Of a stretch of DNA of 64,000 nt, positions 1 through 12,662 are shown in pieces (position 1 is the first letter of the stretch; each line of letters starts with the position of its first letter). The position numbers and the translations under genes were made by a program. The notes under the pieces were generated by a model that saw only the letters and a program-made list of their open reading frames with translations, made no database searches and was not told where the DNA came from. Source of the stretch: Eledone cirrhosa (lineage: Eukaryota); the NCBI GenBank assembly GCA_964016885.1, contig OZ024742.1, forward strand, positions 104,718,001-104,782,000, written 5' to 3'.

Positions 1-380
1 GAATGAAAAAAAAAAATTTAGACAAAATAATGCATGTGTATATTCAGTCAACCATTTTGGAGAGACGTATATATACATATACATATACATATGTATATAT
101 ATATATATATACACATAAGCCATTAACATATTTCAGAAATCTTTTCTCTACAAAATAAGGGTGAATCTTATATTTTGAAAAATGTGGAACTTTATGATCC
201 CATTATCACATCTAGTTACCAAAATCTGACTTTGTATATGGCAACAAAAGTTGTGTTGATGTTGAAGAGGTTTGAAATTTACAGTCACAACCAATGTCTG
301 CTTATAGAAGATTATGTGAAAAAAACACAGTAGCTCATACACACACACACATACACACACATACACAAACACACACACAA

Positions 381-419
<39 letters not shown>

Positions 420-456
420 AAAAAGAAAACTTTTTTCGCTCTACATGGCTGAATAC

Positions 457-802
457 AATAAATGTAATCTGAGTTTTTCGAATATTAATAACATTCGATT
501 TGTTTACAATTATGCCAACACAAGAGCAAGAATGAAGGGTTCATTCTACTGAGATGGCTATAAAATTGAGGCTTGTTTGCATAATTGCAAACAAATCGAA
601 TGTTATTATTATAGAGGGTCGGACACCATGCTTTCCAGCATAGTTACGTCTCTTTACGGCCTGAGTTCAAATCCCGTCGAGGTTAACTTTACCTTTCATC
701 CTTATGGGGTCGATAAAATAAAGTACCAGTAATGCACTGGATAATTGTTGGCCTTGTGCCAAAAGTAGAAACAATTATTAATATTCGAAAAACCCAGATT
801 AC

Positions 803-805
<3 letters not shown>
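457..805. repeat. Foldback (inverted-repeat) element whose right arm is interrupted by a SINE
   Basis: 457-514 (aataaatgtaatctgagtttttcgaatattaataacattcgatttgtttacaattatgc) is the reverse complement of 578-608 plus 775-805. (TA)n tracts lie nearby on both sides. Confidence 0.75.
612..778 (+). mobile_element. tRNA-derived SINE family A (5'-truncated)
   Basis: B box gagttcaaatccc, core ctttcatcctt..ggtcgataaaataaagtaccagt and (tta) tail, matching the copy at 26946. Confidence 0.85.
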
Positions 806-898
<93 letters not shown>

Positions 899-1141
899 TA
901 CAGAATAATCTAAACTTTCGTTTGGAATCATCGGAGCACTAGCAAAGTTTAGACATATAATTAACCTCCTATTCCACAGAACAATTGTAAGGGTACATAG
1001 ATATTAGTGTTGTCATTAACAGTGTAATTTCTGGCTCTGTAAAATACCTGATGTATTTACATTGTGCTATTTTTCTTACTGGTAATAAGGTGGTAATGAA
1101 CTATTGTCTTTTCCTGTTTATAATTATATATAGTGTATATA

Positions 1142-1534
1142 CGAGGGCAATCCCAAAAGCAAGGTCTCCTTCCGATATTGCAACTTTTCCATTAAAATCC
1201 TGTGGATGGTGCTTCGGGAAACCTCAGGAAGCAAAATGCAGAGAGCATCCAGAGTGATCCGCTGATCTTTACGCATGTTTTCCTCGGAAGGAGACCTTAC
1301 TTTTGGGATTGCCCTCTATATAATAACTGTGCGAAATTCACACTTGGCGGTAGCGTTGAGCGGGATCTCCATTCTCAACGGCTGCCAAGCCAAGATTGAG
1401 CATCCCAGTGAAGCACGCGCATGCTTGTTTGGGAGTGAAGGAAGCACCAATCACAACAGTGTTGCCAACAGCCGTATGAACAGTTTCTCTGCGTCCCCAT
1501 CGCTTTGGAGACCTTACTTTTGGGATTACCCTCG
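1142..1534 (-). mobile_element. Mariner-derived composite: short MITE (1142-1317) plus 5' end of a mariner element (1320-1534)
   Basis: TA-flanked TIR cgagggcaatcccaaaagcaaggtctcc with inverted copies at 1290-1317 and 1507-1534. The minus strand encodes MEIPLNATAKCEFRTVI, resembling a mariner transposase N-terminus. Confidence 0.75.
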
Positions 1535-1585
1535 TATAAGTATAAATAATATTATTATTATTATATATATAATATATATAATATA

Positions 1586-2003
1586 GGACGGTGGATTGGC
1601 AGTATCGGTAGAGAGTTGGACACCATGCTTTGAAGCATAGAGTTACGTCCCTTTACGGTCTGAGTTCAAACCCCGCTGAGGTTAACTTTGCCTTTCATCC
1701 TTACGAGGTCGATAAAATAAAGTACCAGTAATACACTGGGTAATTGCTGGCCTTGTGCCAAAAGTAGAAATAATTCAGTTTACTCAGCTGTAGAAATGAG
1801 ATGATAGGGACTGGGGTCCCTATCATTCTACTGTAAAGTGGTCGTGGAGGTGCCACGGCAAAAAAGCACCCAGCACTCACTGTAAATGAGGTTGGTGTTA
1901 GGAAGGGCATCCAGCTGTAGAAATCAAGCCAGAATCAGTTCCCGTCCCACCCTTGCAAGCAGGGAAAAAGCGGACGTAAAATGAAATGATGATGATGATG
2001 ATA
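1586..2003 (+). mobile_element. SINE A (1586-1773) joined directly to the 3' half of SINE B (1777-2003)
   Basis: A/B boxes tggcagtatcgg / gagttcaaac, then cagtttactcagctgtagaaatgag...cggacgtaaaatgaaat(gat)n as in full SINE B copies. Confidence 0.85.
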
Positions 2004-2118
2004 TATATACATACACGCACACACATATATCCAACCACACACACATACCCATATATACTCTGCCTGCGCATTGAGTGATCATATTGATACTGCCACCAAT
2101 AATTCACCAACTCACATA

Positions 2119-2216
<98 letters not shown>

Positions 2217-2261
2217 GATATTAACAAATGGAAACTATATTTATAAAACCATATTTATTTC

Positions 2262-2317
2262 ATTATACATATTTCAAGGACACCAAGTTAAATTATGGTG
2301 TGCTTTCTTCAGATAAA
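2262..2317 (-). ncRNA. Degenerate minimal hammerhead ribozyme-like motif
   Basis: Minus strand: ttat CTGAAGA aagcacacca..tggtgtcctt GAAA tatgtataa, then AATAAA. Stem II has 9 of 10 pairs; the stem I register is off by one. The segment lies between (TA)n tracts. Confidence 0.5.
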
Positions 2318-2468
2318 ATATAATATAGAGCAGTTTTATAAATAAATATTGACATACCCTTAAAGAATGCAACCATTACTGTTGGAAGCTCCCACTATCA
2401 TATATATATATATATATATATAGTTATGTCTCTTGGGTTGAAAAGGAGGTCAAGTATGTTATAAATAG

Positions 2469-2517
2469 TTGCTCCGAAGAATCCAAACCTCGGTTTGGAG
2501 GAAACAATTGTAAGCAA
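2469..2517 (+). ncRNA. Minimal type I hammerhead ribozyme motif, U4C core variant
   Basis: ttgct CCGAAGA a tccaaacc tc ggtttgga g GAAA caattg TA agcaa. It has a 5-bp stem I, a hairpin stem II, palindromic ACAATTGT stem III and overlapping/adjacent AATAAA. Confidence 0.7.
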
Positions 2518-2551
2518 ATAAATGACTTAAACTGAACTTTGATTACTGTAA

Positions 2552-2589
<38 letters not shown>

Positions 2590-2661
2590 CACACACTGCA
2601 ACTATGAAATATGTGGAAATTTCTTCAAATGTGAGAACTCATGATAATGTCTCTCTCTCTA

Positions 2662-2712
<51 letters not shown>

Positions 2713-3061
2713 ATGCTCAGTAACACTCAATATATAATTAAGTACAAGAGGCTTTAGAAAGTATGAATGTCACAACTCCTCATTCTATCTTTGCTTCAGA
2801 GAAAACTCAGGTTTCATTTTGATGTTAGAAACAACTAAACAGGCATGGGAAACATATGGTACAAATAAGAGGTATAAATCCAGGCTGGGTTACTGGGTTA
2901 CTGAATCACTCCTCCACTATTTCTATTTATTCCACATTTGCTACACACTCTCCCCACTTTCCCTCTATGCACACACACACACACAAACACACACACACAT
3001 ATCTCTTTCTCTCTCTCCACACATACACACACACATATATATATACCTCTCTAACTCTCTC

Positions 3062-3123
<62 letters not shown>

Positions 3124-3599
3124 TATATGCACAGAGTGTACTGTTATTTAAACATATGGCTTATATCTCATAAAAATGCTGACCAAGTTTACCTTATTTA
3201 TAATATTCATTATACCCTGGTTAATATCCTGATGATATGCTACTGAAGCAAACAAATATCATAAACTGTATCTAAATATGGAAATCTAGCCATATTATAT
3301 AACATAACTTCATACTGATAGCCAAATAAAAGCAAACTGCCTGGACATGAATGTAAAGGAAAACCAAGATTTAATAATAATAAAAAATCAAAGAAAACCA
3401 TGCTTCCTTTCCAGACTTCTGCAGCCTAGAATACATACTTTGAACAAATGAATAATGTTTATAATCAATGCTATAACTGCTTAAAGTCACAAGACACTGT
3501 AGTGTTGTAAAGATGTAACAACAGATCAAACAACAGTAAGTAGAGTGATTCATTTTGAAACAAGAGTAGAAATCACAGAATAGCAAGTGAATAGTGGAC

Positions 3600-3829
3600 T
3601 TAACTCTTTCCTTACCATATTTCTAATTATAGACACTATTTAATTTTAAAATTAATAAAAAAAATTGGAGGATTTTAGTAATATAAAATATTTTTTCATT
3701 ATTAAGCTAATATGCACAGCATTACTTTAAAAAATTGTACATAAAATTATGATGAAAAGCTTAAAAAGGAGCAGTTTAACATCATAGAATGAAGGGTAGT
3801 TTCAGGTGGGTTGGTATCAACAGGGTTAA
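3600..3829. mobile_element. Degenerate TTAA-flanked (piggyBac-like) MITE, second family
   Basis: ttaactctttccttacc ... ggtatcaacagggttaa imperfect inverted termini; related sequence near 31990-32130 and 51540-51750. Confidence 0.45.
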
Positions 3830-3984
3830 AATGGTGGAGATTAGACAATGAAAGGAAGTGTGCTGATATTTATATAAATATATAATTTCTTTTTTTTTAT
3901 GATATTTACAACAATTATACAGTTTTTAATTATTTGAGTCATACCTGAATAATATTGATATTTTTATAGCTGAAGGCTATTATA

Positions 3985-4432
3985 CTGATTGACATGCAGA
4001 ACATTGTCAAAACCAAACATGTGATTGACACCCAGAGTAGTGATAAGGCCATATATCTAATTGACCTCATATCTTTGACAAGACCATACATTTGATTGAC
4101 AACAGAGTATTGACAAGACCTGACATTTAATCCTTTAGCATTTAAACTGGCAGTATATCCAGAATTCTCTCACCTCTTTCTGTTCAAACTGGCCATAACC
4201 AGCCACTCATTCTGATGTTAAGGTATTGTTCTCAAAAGAAATAATACCAAAATCTCATAGATTTGATATTATGTGAGATAATTATGTGAGGTAAAGCCTT
4301 TATTGTGAAAATATGATAGTAAATATACAGTAATGTAAATGCTAAATGGTTAATTGACTCCTGAACATTGTCAAATTCTACAGTTGATTGACACTCAAAC
4401 ATTGACAAGACCACACATTAGATTGACAGCAG
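3985..4432. repeat. Old degenerate 35-36 bp tandem repeat, interrupted by a MITE
   Basis: About 7 units of tgattgac-N8/9-attgacaagacc-N7. Confidence 0.6.
4131..4349. mobile_element. piggyBac-like MITE (~220 bp)
   Basis: TTAA on both sides, termini (c)cctttagcattta / taaatgctaaa(g)gg; same internal sequence as 53251-53471. Confidence 0.8.
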
Positions 4433-4562
4433 ACTTATAGACTTATGACATTCAAAGCCAATCTCAGTAAGAATTTGAACTCAAAATGTCAAAGAATGAA
4501 ACTAATCATCATTCTTGTTACCACTACCATCATTATAATTACCATCATTATCATCACCATTA

Positions 4563-4740
4563 CCGGTGGATTGGCAGTATCGGTAGAGGGTCGGACGCCA
4601 TGCTTTGCAACAAAGAGTTACGGCCCTGTATGGTCTGAGTTCAAATCCCACCGAGGTTAACTTTGCCTTTCATCCTTACGGGGTCAATAAAATAAAGTAC
4701 CAGTAATACACTGGGATAATTGCTGGCCTTGTGTTATAAT
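4563..4740 (+). mobile_element. tRNA-derived SINE family A
   Basis: ggtggattggcagtatcggtagagggtcggacgccatg...gagttcaaatccc...aaaataaagtaccagt. Confidence 0.85.
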
Positions 4741-4741
4741 A

Positions 4742-4772
<31 letters not shown>

Positions 4773-5320
4773 CCACCACCACCACCACCACTACATTCAT
4801 TATAATTATCACCACTGTCACCATCATCACTATCATCATCATCCTCATCACCACCACCATCATTATAATTACTACCATTATCATCATCATCATCACTATC
4901 ATCATCATCGTTACCATCACCATCATTTATAAGAGCTACCACCATCATCATAATTACCACCAGCACCACCATTATCATCATCATCACCACCACCATCATT
5001 ATAATTACCACCACCACCACCACCACCACCACCATCATAATTACCACCAGCACCATCATCATCATCGGCATCACCACGACCATCATTATAATTACCACCA
5101 CCACCACCACCACCATCATAATTACCACCAGCACCATCATCATCATCGGCATCACCACCATCATAATTACCACCACCACCACCATAATTACCACTACCAC
5201 CATCATCATCATCGTCACCACCACCATCATTAAAATAATCACCACCACCATAATTACCACCACCACCATCATCATCATCATCATTAACATCATCATCACC
5301 ATCACCACCAACATCACTTA
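4741..5320. repeat. Compound (CAC/CAT)n trinucleotide repeat with higher-order duplication
   Basis: Runs of cac/cat punctuated by recurring cataatta; block caccagcaccatcatcatcatcggcatcacca occurs twice. Confidence 0.9.
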
Positions 5321-5444
5321 CATCCCTTCTTGCTCCTCCTCTTTCTAATAAATATTGAAACAGTGAATCTTTGCATAGCAACATGGCATATTCTTCTAAC
5401 AACACACACTGAACATAAGACATGGATTCACCATCCTGAATATT

Positions 5445-6523
5445 TGATGTTTCACCATCTGTTGTCAACAAACAAGGAATTATATAATGTTTCACCATCT
5501 GTTGTCAACAAACAAGGAATTATATAATGTCTCACCAACTGTTGTCAACAAACAAGGAATTATATAATGTCTCACCATCTGTTGTCAACAAACAAGGAAT
5601 TATATAATGTCTCACCAACTGTTGTCAACAAACAAGGAATTATATAATGTTTCACCATCTGTTGTCAACAAACAAGGAATTATATAATGTCTCACCAACT
5701 GTTGTCAACAAACAAGGAATTATATAATGTCTCACCATCTGTTGTCAACAAACAAGGAATTATATAATGTCTCACCAACTGTTGTCAACAAACAAGGAAT
5801 TATATAATGTTTCACCATCTGTTGTCAACAAACAAGGAATTATATAATGTCTCACCAACTGTTGTCAACAAACAAGGAATTATATAATGTCTCACCATCT
5901 GTTGTCAACAAACAAGGAATTATATAATGTCTCACCATCTGTTGTCAACAAACAAGGAATTATATAATGTCTCACCAACTGTTGTCAACAAACAAGGAAT
6001 TATATAATGTTTCACCATCTGTTGTCAACAAACAAGGAATTATATAATGTCTCACCATCTGTTGTCAACAAACAAGGAATTATATAATGTTTCACCAACT
6101 GTTGTCAACAAACAAGGAATTATATAATGTTTCACCATCTGTTGTCAACAAACAAGGAATTATATAATGTCTCACCATCTGTTGTCAACAAACAAGGAAT
6201 TATATAATGTCTCACCAACTGTTGTCAACAAACAAGGAATTATATAATGTCTCACCATCTGTTGTCAAAAAACAAGGAATTATATAATGTCTCACCATCT
6301 GTTGTCAACAAACAAGGAATTATATAATGTCTCACCAACTGTTGTCAACAAACAAGGAATTATATAATGTCTCACCATCTGTTGTCAACAAACAAGGAAT
6401 TATATAATGTTTCACCAACTGTTGTCAACAAACAAGGAATTATATAATGTTTCACCATCTGTTGTCAACAAACAAGGAATTATATAATGTCTCACCAACT
6501 GTTGTCAACAAACAAGGAATTAC
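5445..6523. repeat. 40-bp minisatellite, ~27 copies
   Basis: Unit tatataatgtYtcaccaWctgttgtcaacaaacaaggaat; variation is almost confined to two positions. Confidence 0.97.
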
Positions 6524-6619
6524 AGAGATACCGTCTGCTTCAGTTAATCAATCTTGAATAATGCTTTCACAATAAACAGATATAGAGTCAAGAATCTACA
6601 TATGCTTCTTCTGCTTGGT

Positions 6620-7024
6620 GTGTGTGTGAGGTGTGTGAGGGGGGGGGGGGGCAGAGAGAAAAGGAGAGGGTAGAAGGGGAGAGGTAGAGAGAGTTGATGG
6701 GGAGAGCAGAGTGAAATAAACAGTGTGGGAAGAGGAGATTGAGAGAAAGAGGAAAGGAGAGATAGACAGGGAGAGGTAGAGAAGGAGAGAGTAGGTGTGG
6801 AGAGGGGAGTGAAAGAGATAAAGGTAGAGAGGGGGTTGGAAGGGGAGAAGGGAGTGAGAGAGAAAGAAGTAAACAGAGTGAGACAGAGAAGGAAAGAGAA
6901 AAAGATGGGGAGAGAGAGACAGAGAGTGAGTGAGAGAGACAGAGAGAGAGCAGGAGAGAGAGAGGGAGAGGTGGGGAGAAAGTAAGAGAGTGAGAGAACA
7001 AGAGATTGAGAGAACAAGAGGGAA

Positions 7025-7118
<94 letters not shown>
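6620..7118. repeat. Purine-rich low complexity and (GA)n microsatellite
   Basis: Direct inspection. Confidence 0.9.
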
Positions 7119-7119
<1 letters not shown>

Positions 7120-7485
7120 TAATAATTGTAGCAAAACTTATTGATATTCAGTAGCGAATATAATTGGATATCAAGATATTTGGCAGATCTATTTGCAGCA
7201 TTAATAATAGTAGCATGTATATACAAAAGGTAAGGTGGTAAATTGGCAGAGTTGTTAGGTCAACTTTACCTTTCATCATATTGAGGTTGATAAATAAAGT
7301 ACCAGTCTAGTACGGGGTCGATTCTTTCACTATATCTTTCTCAGGAAGATATCGCCCTCCTCTCTCTCTCTCCCCCTCCCTCTCTCTTTCTTCAGACACA
7401 GAGAAGGATAGGCTCCACCAGGTTTAAAATACCTAAGACATGCTGTGTGCCAAGACAGTGCCTTTACAACTCCATCAGGAGTTAA

Positions 7486-7706
7486 CCCTTTAGTATTTAA
7501 ATCGGCTGTATCCAGCCAGAATTCTCTCACCTCTTTCTGTTCAAACCGGTCATAACTGGCTGCTCATACTGATGTTAAGGTATTGTTCTTAAAATAAATA
7601 ATATCAAAATCTCATAGATTCGATATTATGTGAGATAATTATGTGAAATAAAGTGTTCACTGTAAAAATACAATAGTAAATATAGAGTAATGTAATTGCT
7701 AAAGGA
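7486..7706. mobile_element. piggyBac-like MITE
   Basis: TTAA|ccctttagtattta ... aattgctaaagga|TTAA. Confidence 0.85.
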
Positions 7707-7926
7707 TTAAAGGCCCTTTTGATTATTTTTTCTCTGATGCAAAAGATCTTTGAAACAAATCTTGAATTTAATAGAAAATGGACTTTCATTGAACATAAGA
7801 TGAGAATCTGTCCCAATCCTAATAAAACTTCTAAGCATTTGTCATCAAGCATATCACATTACAAAAAAAAAAAAAATAGAAATAAAAAAATAAATAAATA
7901 AAAAAGGTCCTAAGGTGGCGAATTAA

Positions 7927-8145
7927 CCCTTTAGCATTTACATTACTCTATATTTACTATTGTATTTTCACAGTAAAGGCCTTACCTCACATAATTATCC
8001 CACATAATATCAAATCTATGAGATTTTGATGTTATTTATTTTGAGAAGAATACGTTAATGTAGGTTTGAGCAGCCAGTTACAGCCGGTTTGGACAAAAAG
8101 AAGTGAGAGCACTGGCCAGATACAGCTGGTTTAAATGCTAAAGGG
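7927..8145. mobile_element. piggyBac-like MITE (opposite orientation) inserted into the head of a SINE A copy (7912-8360)
   Basis: TTAA|ccctttagcattta ... taaatgctaaaggg|TTAA. Removing it restores ggtggcgaattaacagagttgttagaatgtcaga. Confidence 0.85.
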
Positions 8146-9269
8146 TTAACAGAGTTGTTAGAATGTCAGACAGAATGCTTTGCTGTATTCATTCTGATTC
8201 TTTGCTAAGGTCAACTTTATCTTTCATCCTTTCGAAGTTAATAAAAAAAGTACCAGTCCAGTACTGGGTTGATATTTCCTCTATATCTCTTTCTCATTTC
8301 CTTTCTATCATTCTCGCTCTTTCTTTGGAAGAAATTGGCTGTGTTCAGACATGAGGAGGGGATGGACTCTCTAATTTGCAATAATTTTAAAGCAGAATTT
8401 CAGAATAAGTATATCACTGCAAAATTTTCTAAAAATTACTGATATAGTTTTGTGTCAGTAGTGACAATGTCACTGGTAGGTACTGCAGTATAGTGTTTTG
8501 TAGTGATAGTAAAAGATGTTGTAAGAGCTGTTGTCATGTGGTTGATGGTGATGATGCTGGGGATGTTTTGTTGTGAGGTCTGGTAATGGTAGAGGTTGAT
8601 AGTGTAGTGGTTGAGGTGGTCACAGAGGGTGGTGAAAGACAATGGTGTTGGTGGGCAGTGTGGATTATGTAGTTGTAGTGTATAATGTTTGTAGATGCAA
8701 GAGTACTGATGTGTGACATTTATGGTGATAACATGATGTGAAATACTGTTGGTGGGTAGGTAGGGATGTAGTTGGTGGTGGATGCAGTTAGTATTGGTAA
8801 GTAGTGTGAATGTGAAATGATAAAAGTACAAATGGTAGTGGATAGCAATGAAAGTGTAGTTGTTATTAAGTCTTAAGTTAGCATTGATTGATTGGACATA
8901 TAGCCAAAGGATTTACTCCTATGACACTATTTGATCTACATCGTGTGAAGATGTATGCCGTAGTGGTTAGGGTATTCCACTCACAATCATAAAGTCATCA
9001 ATTCAATTCCTAATGGCGATTGCTTCAGTTAAATCAGCTGGTTAAAATAATTTCTACTTGTGAATTCAAAGAGTAAGCCTTGTCACACACTGTGTCATGT
9101 GAAATCTCCCTGAAAATTATGCTTAGGGTGCAAGTCTCTGTGGAATGCTCAGTCACTTGCATGTTAGTTTTTTTAGCAGAATGTTTCATTGTTAAAAAAA
9201 AATGGAACAATAAAGGTCTAACACCTTGTCTACACTGTGTCTTGTTTTTAAATTAAAACTGGATATAAG

Positions 9270-9545
9270 AGGAATGAGATAAGTGTGCAGGAGAGAAGAC
9301 TATGCTTATGGTTGTGTAATGCATATGGATGATGATCGTTGGATGAAGAAGTGCCAAGAAATTCCAATGGAAAGGAACTACAGTAGAGGGAAATCAAAGA
9401 AAACCTGGGCAGAGGTTGCGACAGCTGATCTCAAGTCACTGAATACCATTGTTGATTTGATGAAGGACCATGACAAATAGAGGGATGCTGTACTGAAAAA
9501 GATCTGTCCAACCCATGCAAGCATGAAAAAATGGACATAAGAGAT
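9270..9545 (+). mobile_element. Old RTE LINE 3' fragment
   Basis: YGCVMHMDDDRWMKKC...RGKSKKTW resembles the RTE C-terminus WYGHVMRMKDDSC...GRPRKTW; tail acccatgcaagcatgaaaaaatggac. Confidence 0.7.
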
Positions 9546-9919
9546 TTTTGTTAAGTAATGTTTCAAACATCATCAGCAGTTTAGAGCTTTTCTGGCTGGA
9601 TGCTCTTCTTATGACCAACAATTTTACTGCATGAGAGAGAGAGAGAGATGTTAGCGAGAGAGAGATGTTAGCGAGAGAGAGAGATGTTAGCGAGAGAGAG
9701 AAAGAGAGAGAGAGATACAGAGGGAGTGAAAGAAATAGACAGACTAAAAGAGAGAAGTGTTACGGAGAGTGTGAGCGAGAGAAACACAGAATGAAAAAAA
9801 GACAGAGAAGAGAGAAAGAAACACAGAGAGAACAATTTTCTATAGAAGTTGAAAGAAAGTGGGATAGAGAGAGAGAGAGATAGATATATTGAGAGAGAGA
9901 GAGATAGGTAGATAGATAG

Positions 9920-10004
<85 letters not shown>

Positions 10005-10399
10005 CTGTGTGTTTGATACTGTATGTATGTTCTATAGGAGAAGTTGAAAGAAAACCCGGCACAAAAAGAGGGGGGATAGCAGGAGGGAGAGAGAGAGAGA
10101 GACGGTGTGTTTGATACTGTATGTATATGTGTCAGGTGTGTGGAAATAAGAGGGGAAGGAAAGTAGTAACTATTAATGAGTGTGCGTATGAGTGTATGAC
10201 ATGCGTGAGCATGTGCGCGAGTGTGTGTGAGTGAGTGTGTGTGTGTACTTGCACGTATGCGTTTGTGCATTTGCGTGCGTGTGTGCACTTGTGTGCATTT
10301 GCATGCATGTGTGCGAGTGTGTGTGTGTGTGTGCATGCATGCAGCGTTCCACAATCGCCATTTATTTCGATCCCTCTTGTGAAGATATTCATGTAACTT

Positions 10400-12106
10400 T
10401 CACTCATTTTTTCATTTAATCCCCATTTTCATTTTCAAAAAGGTTTCTGAGAAAAATGTTCTCACTCTCTACAAGGGGAGACAGGGTAGATGTAGATGAT
10501 CAGTATTCTACAGTGAGACAAAGATAAGTACAGGTAGCCAGGGCAAGGTCACTAGAGACCCCTGCATAACGACAGCAAATACATGAAAACGACCAGAGGA
10601 GAGCTGCTGCATGCAGGGCCAATGAGTCACTAGAGGCAAGGGAAAAATAATTAGAACAATTATGTCAACAAAATGCAATCGGCAGGAGCCAAGAGTCAAA
10701 AAAGGAAAAAGAAAAATGTTTAAAGGATGCAAGACAAAGACAAGCTGCCAGAGTTGCCAATGAGACAATAGGTCAGCGAGAGATTAGACAAAAAAACAAA
10801 AAACAGGAGCAAACAGTTGCTGCAAGACTTCACCAATCCTCAGAGGAAAGACGTAAGCATTTTGATCAATATAGGCTGAATACGTTTGACGAAAGAGTTG
10901 CACCTTTCAAGGGGACTTAGAAAAGATCAGCTTTCAACTATGATCCAAAACATGATTATTCTACAGAGAAATTGATTAATATTGGAGCAGTGTCAAAAGA
11001 GTGCAATTTTTGTGAAGGAAAGAAATGGGAAAGAGAAACCACCACTATGTGTTGTGGTGGAGGAACGGTTGTTTTACCGACGTTTGGTACACCCCCAAAT
11101 ACTTTGAAGGCATGCACTTCTTGAAAAACATTAGGAATTATAATTCTGCTTTCCAAATTACCTCTTTTGGTAGCAATATTATAAGAGAAGGGAACATGAA
11201 GCCAACTGTTAAAGTTCAAGATCAAGTATACTATCGTATTGGATCTTTGTTGCCAACTGAAGGCAAAAATCCTTAGTTTTTACAGTTATATTTTTTGACA
11301 AATTACAAGGAGCAGGCTATGCAACTTCCAAATTTGAAAGAATAGTTAATCTTTGATCTACAAGATATGTTGCATGCAAACAATAGCTACATCAGAAACT
11401 TCAAGTATGCATTATAATCTGCACCACCCATTGAATACAAAATAGTTATTGATGCAGACAAAAAGCCTGTTGCTGAAGACAGAGGCCGCTACAACGCCCC
11501 TGCTGCAAATGAAGTAGTAACAATTATTACAAGCGACAAGTATGGGAAGAGAGATATTATTATCAAGGAAGAGGTAATAAGATGCAGCAGATAAATGCAA
11601 CCCACCGATCATATGATGCACTCCAGTATTCATTAATCAGTGTATTTGGCCAAGATGGATATTACTTTGGTATTAAAAAAAAACAGATCTTAAAACAAGA
11701 ACTCCTGCACAGTAAGCTGCATGGAATTCTATATTACCTTTTCATATTAAGAGAGCAAGACTTCAATATTCTTCATCGTTCATGTGAGCTCTTCCAGCAA
11801 TTTGCAGTTGATATGTATGCAAAAATTGAAGAAGAAAGGCTTCTTTACATTAGAACACACCAGAAAGATCTCTGTGCATTAGATTACATTCACCTGAGAG
11901 ATGCAATCAGTAATGAAGGAGCATTGGCTGCTGATAACACTGGACAGCTTTGTGTCATTCTTCCACCAAGCTTTACAGGAAATCCACGGTATATGCATGA
12001 GCGTACCCAAGATGCACTTACATATGTCAGACACTATGGTTGTCCAGACCTCTTCATTGCATTCACATGTAAACCAACATGGCATGAAATAAAGATTGAG
12101 CTTTAT
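10400..12106 (+). mobile_element. Helitron RepHel pseudogene fragment (N-terminal/Rep region)
   Basis: HFLKNIRNYNSAFQITSFG, QVYYRIGSLLP, HRSYDALQY, QQFAVDMYAKIEEERL and LPPSFTGNPRYMHERTQDALTYVRHYGCPDLFIAFTC are Helitron motifs. Contains stops and frameshifts and is truncated at (TA)n; the 5' boundary is approximate. Confidence 0.9.
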
Positions 12107-12662
12107 CATATATATATATATATATATATATAGTATTAAGTATTAAGTATACTATTTATGGTTATGTATATAATAAAACCTTATATAGTTATATATATTT
12201 TAAACCCTAAATAGTGAAAGACAGTAATTCATTACTATCTTATTACCAGTAAGATAATAATATATATATATAAAGGCCATTGCCTTTTCCTTGGACAACA
12301 TCGGTGGCTTGGATGTTTATGCAGGTGTGGTAAGCCACATATATTCTAGCCATTAGATAAAGCAAAATGAATACTTCACCTTCGAAAGAGGGATGACTCA
12401 AGAAGAAGAAGGAAGATATATATATATATATATATAAAATCGAGGTCTAGCAAATAGAGAAAAGTTTTAAAATAAATTTTAAAAAATTTGCTGTACTTAC
12501 TATATGTGCCTTTACCGCGGTTTCATGTTCCAGAATAAACGGAAAATCCAACGGGATTTCCATGCCATAGAACCACATTGGCATACGGTTGGATAATACT
12601 GGTTTCCCTATATGCATTTTTTACACGTAGGAATTCATACTTTATTATTATATATATATGGT

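Noticed and set aside
1071-1110. ~40-bp inverted match to 12216-12255
   Set aside because: Most simply fragments of a dispersed repeat; too short to classify.
4676-5498. His-rich, Met/Val-rich and Gly/Asp-rich ORFs
   Set aside because: Translations of (CAC/CAT)n repeats, open in several frames.
5445-6523. CRISPR array
   Set aside because: No unique spacers, no cas genes, eukaryotic context.
12506-12530. Minus-strand GAAA ccgcgg TA (palindromic stem III half)
   Set aside because: No recognisable CTGANGA partner upstream.
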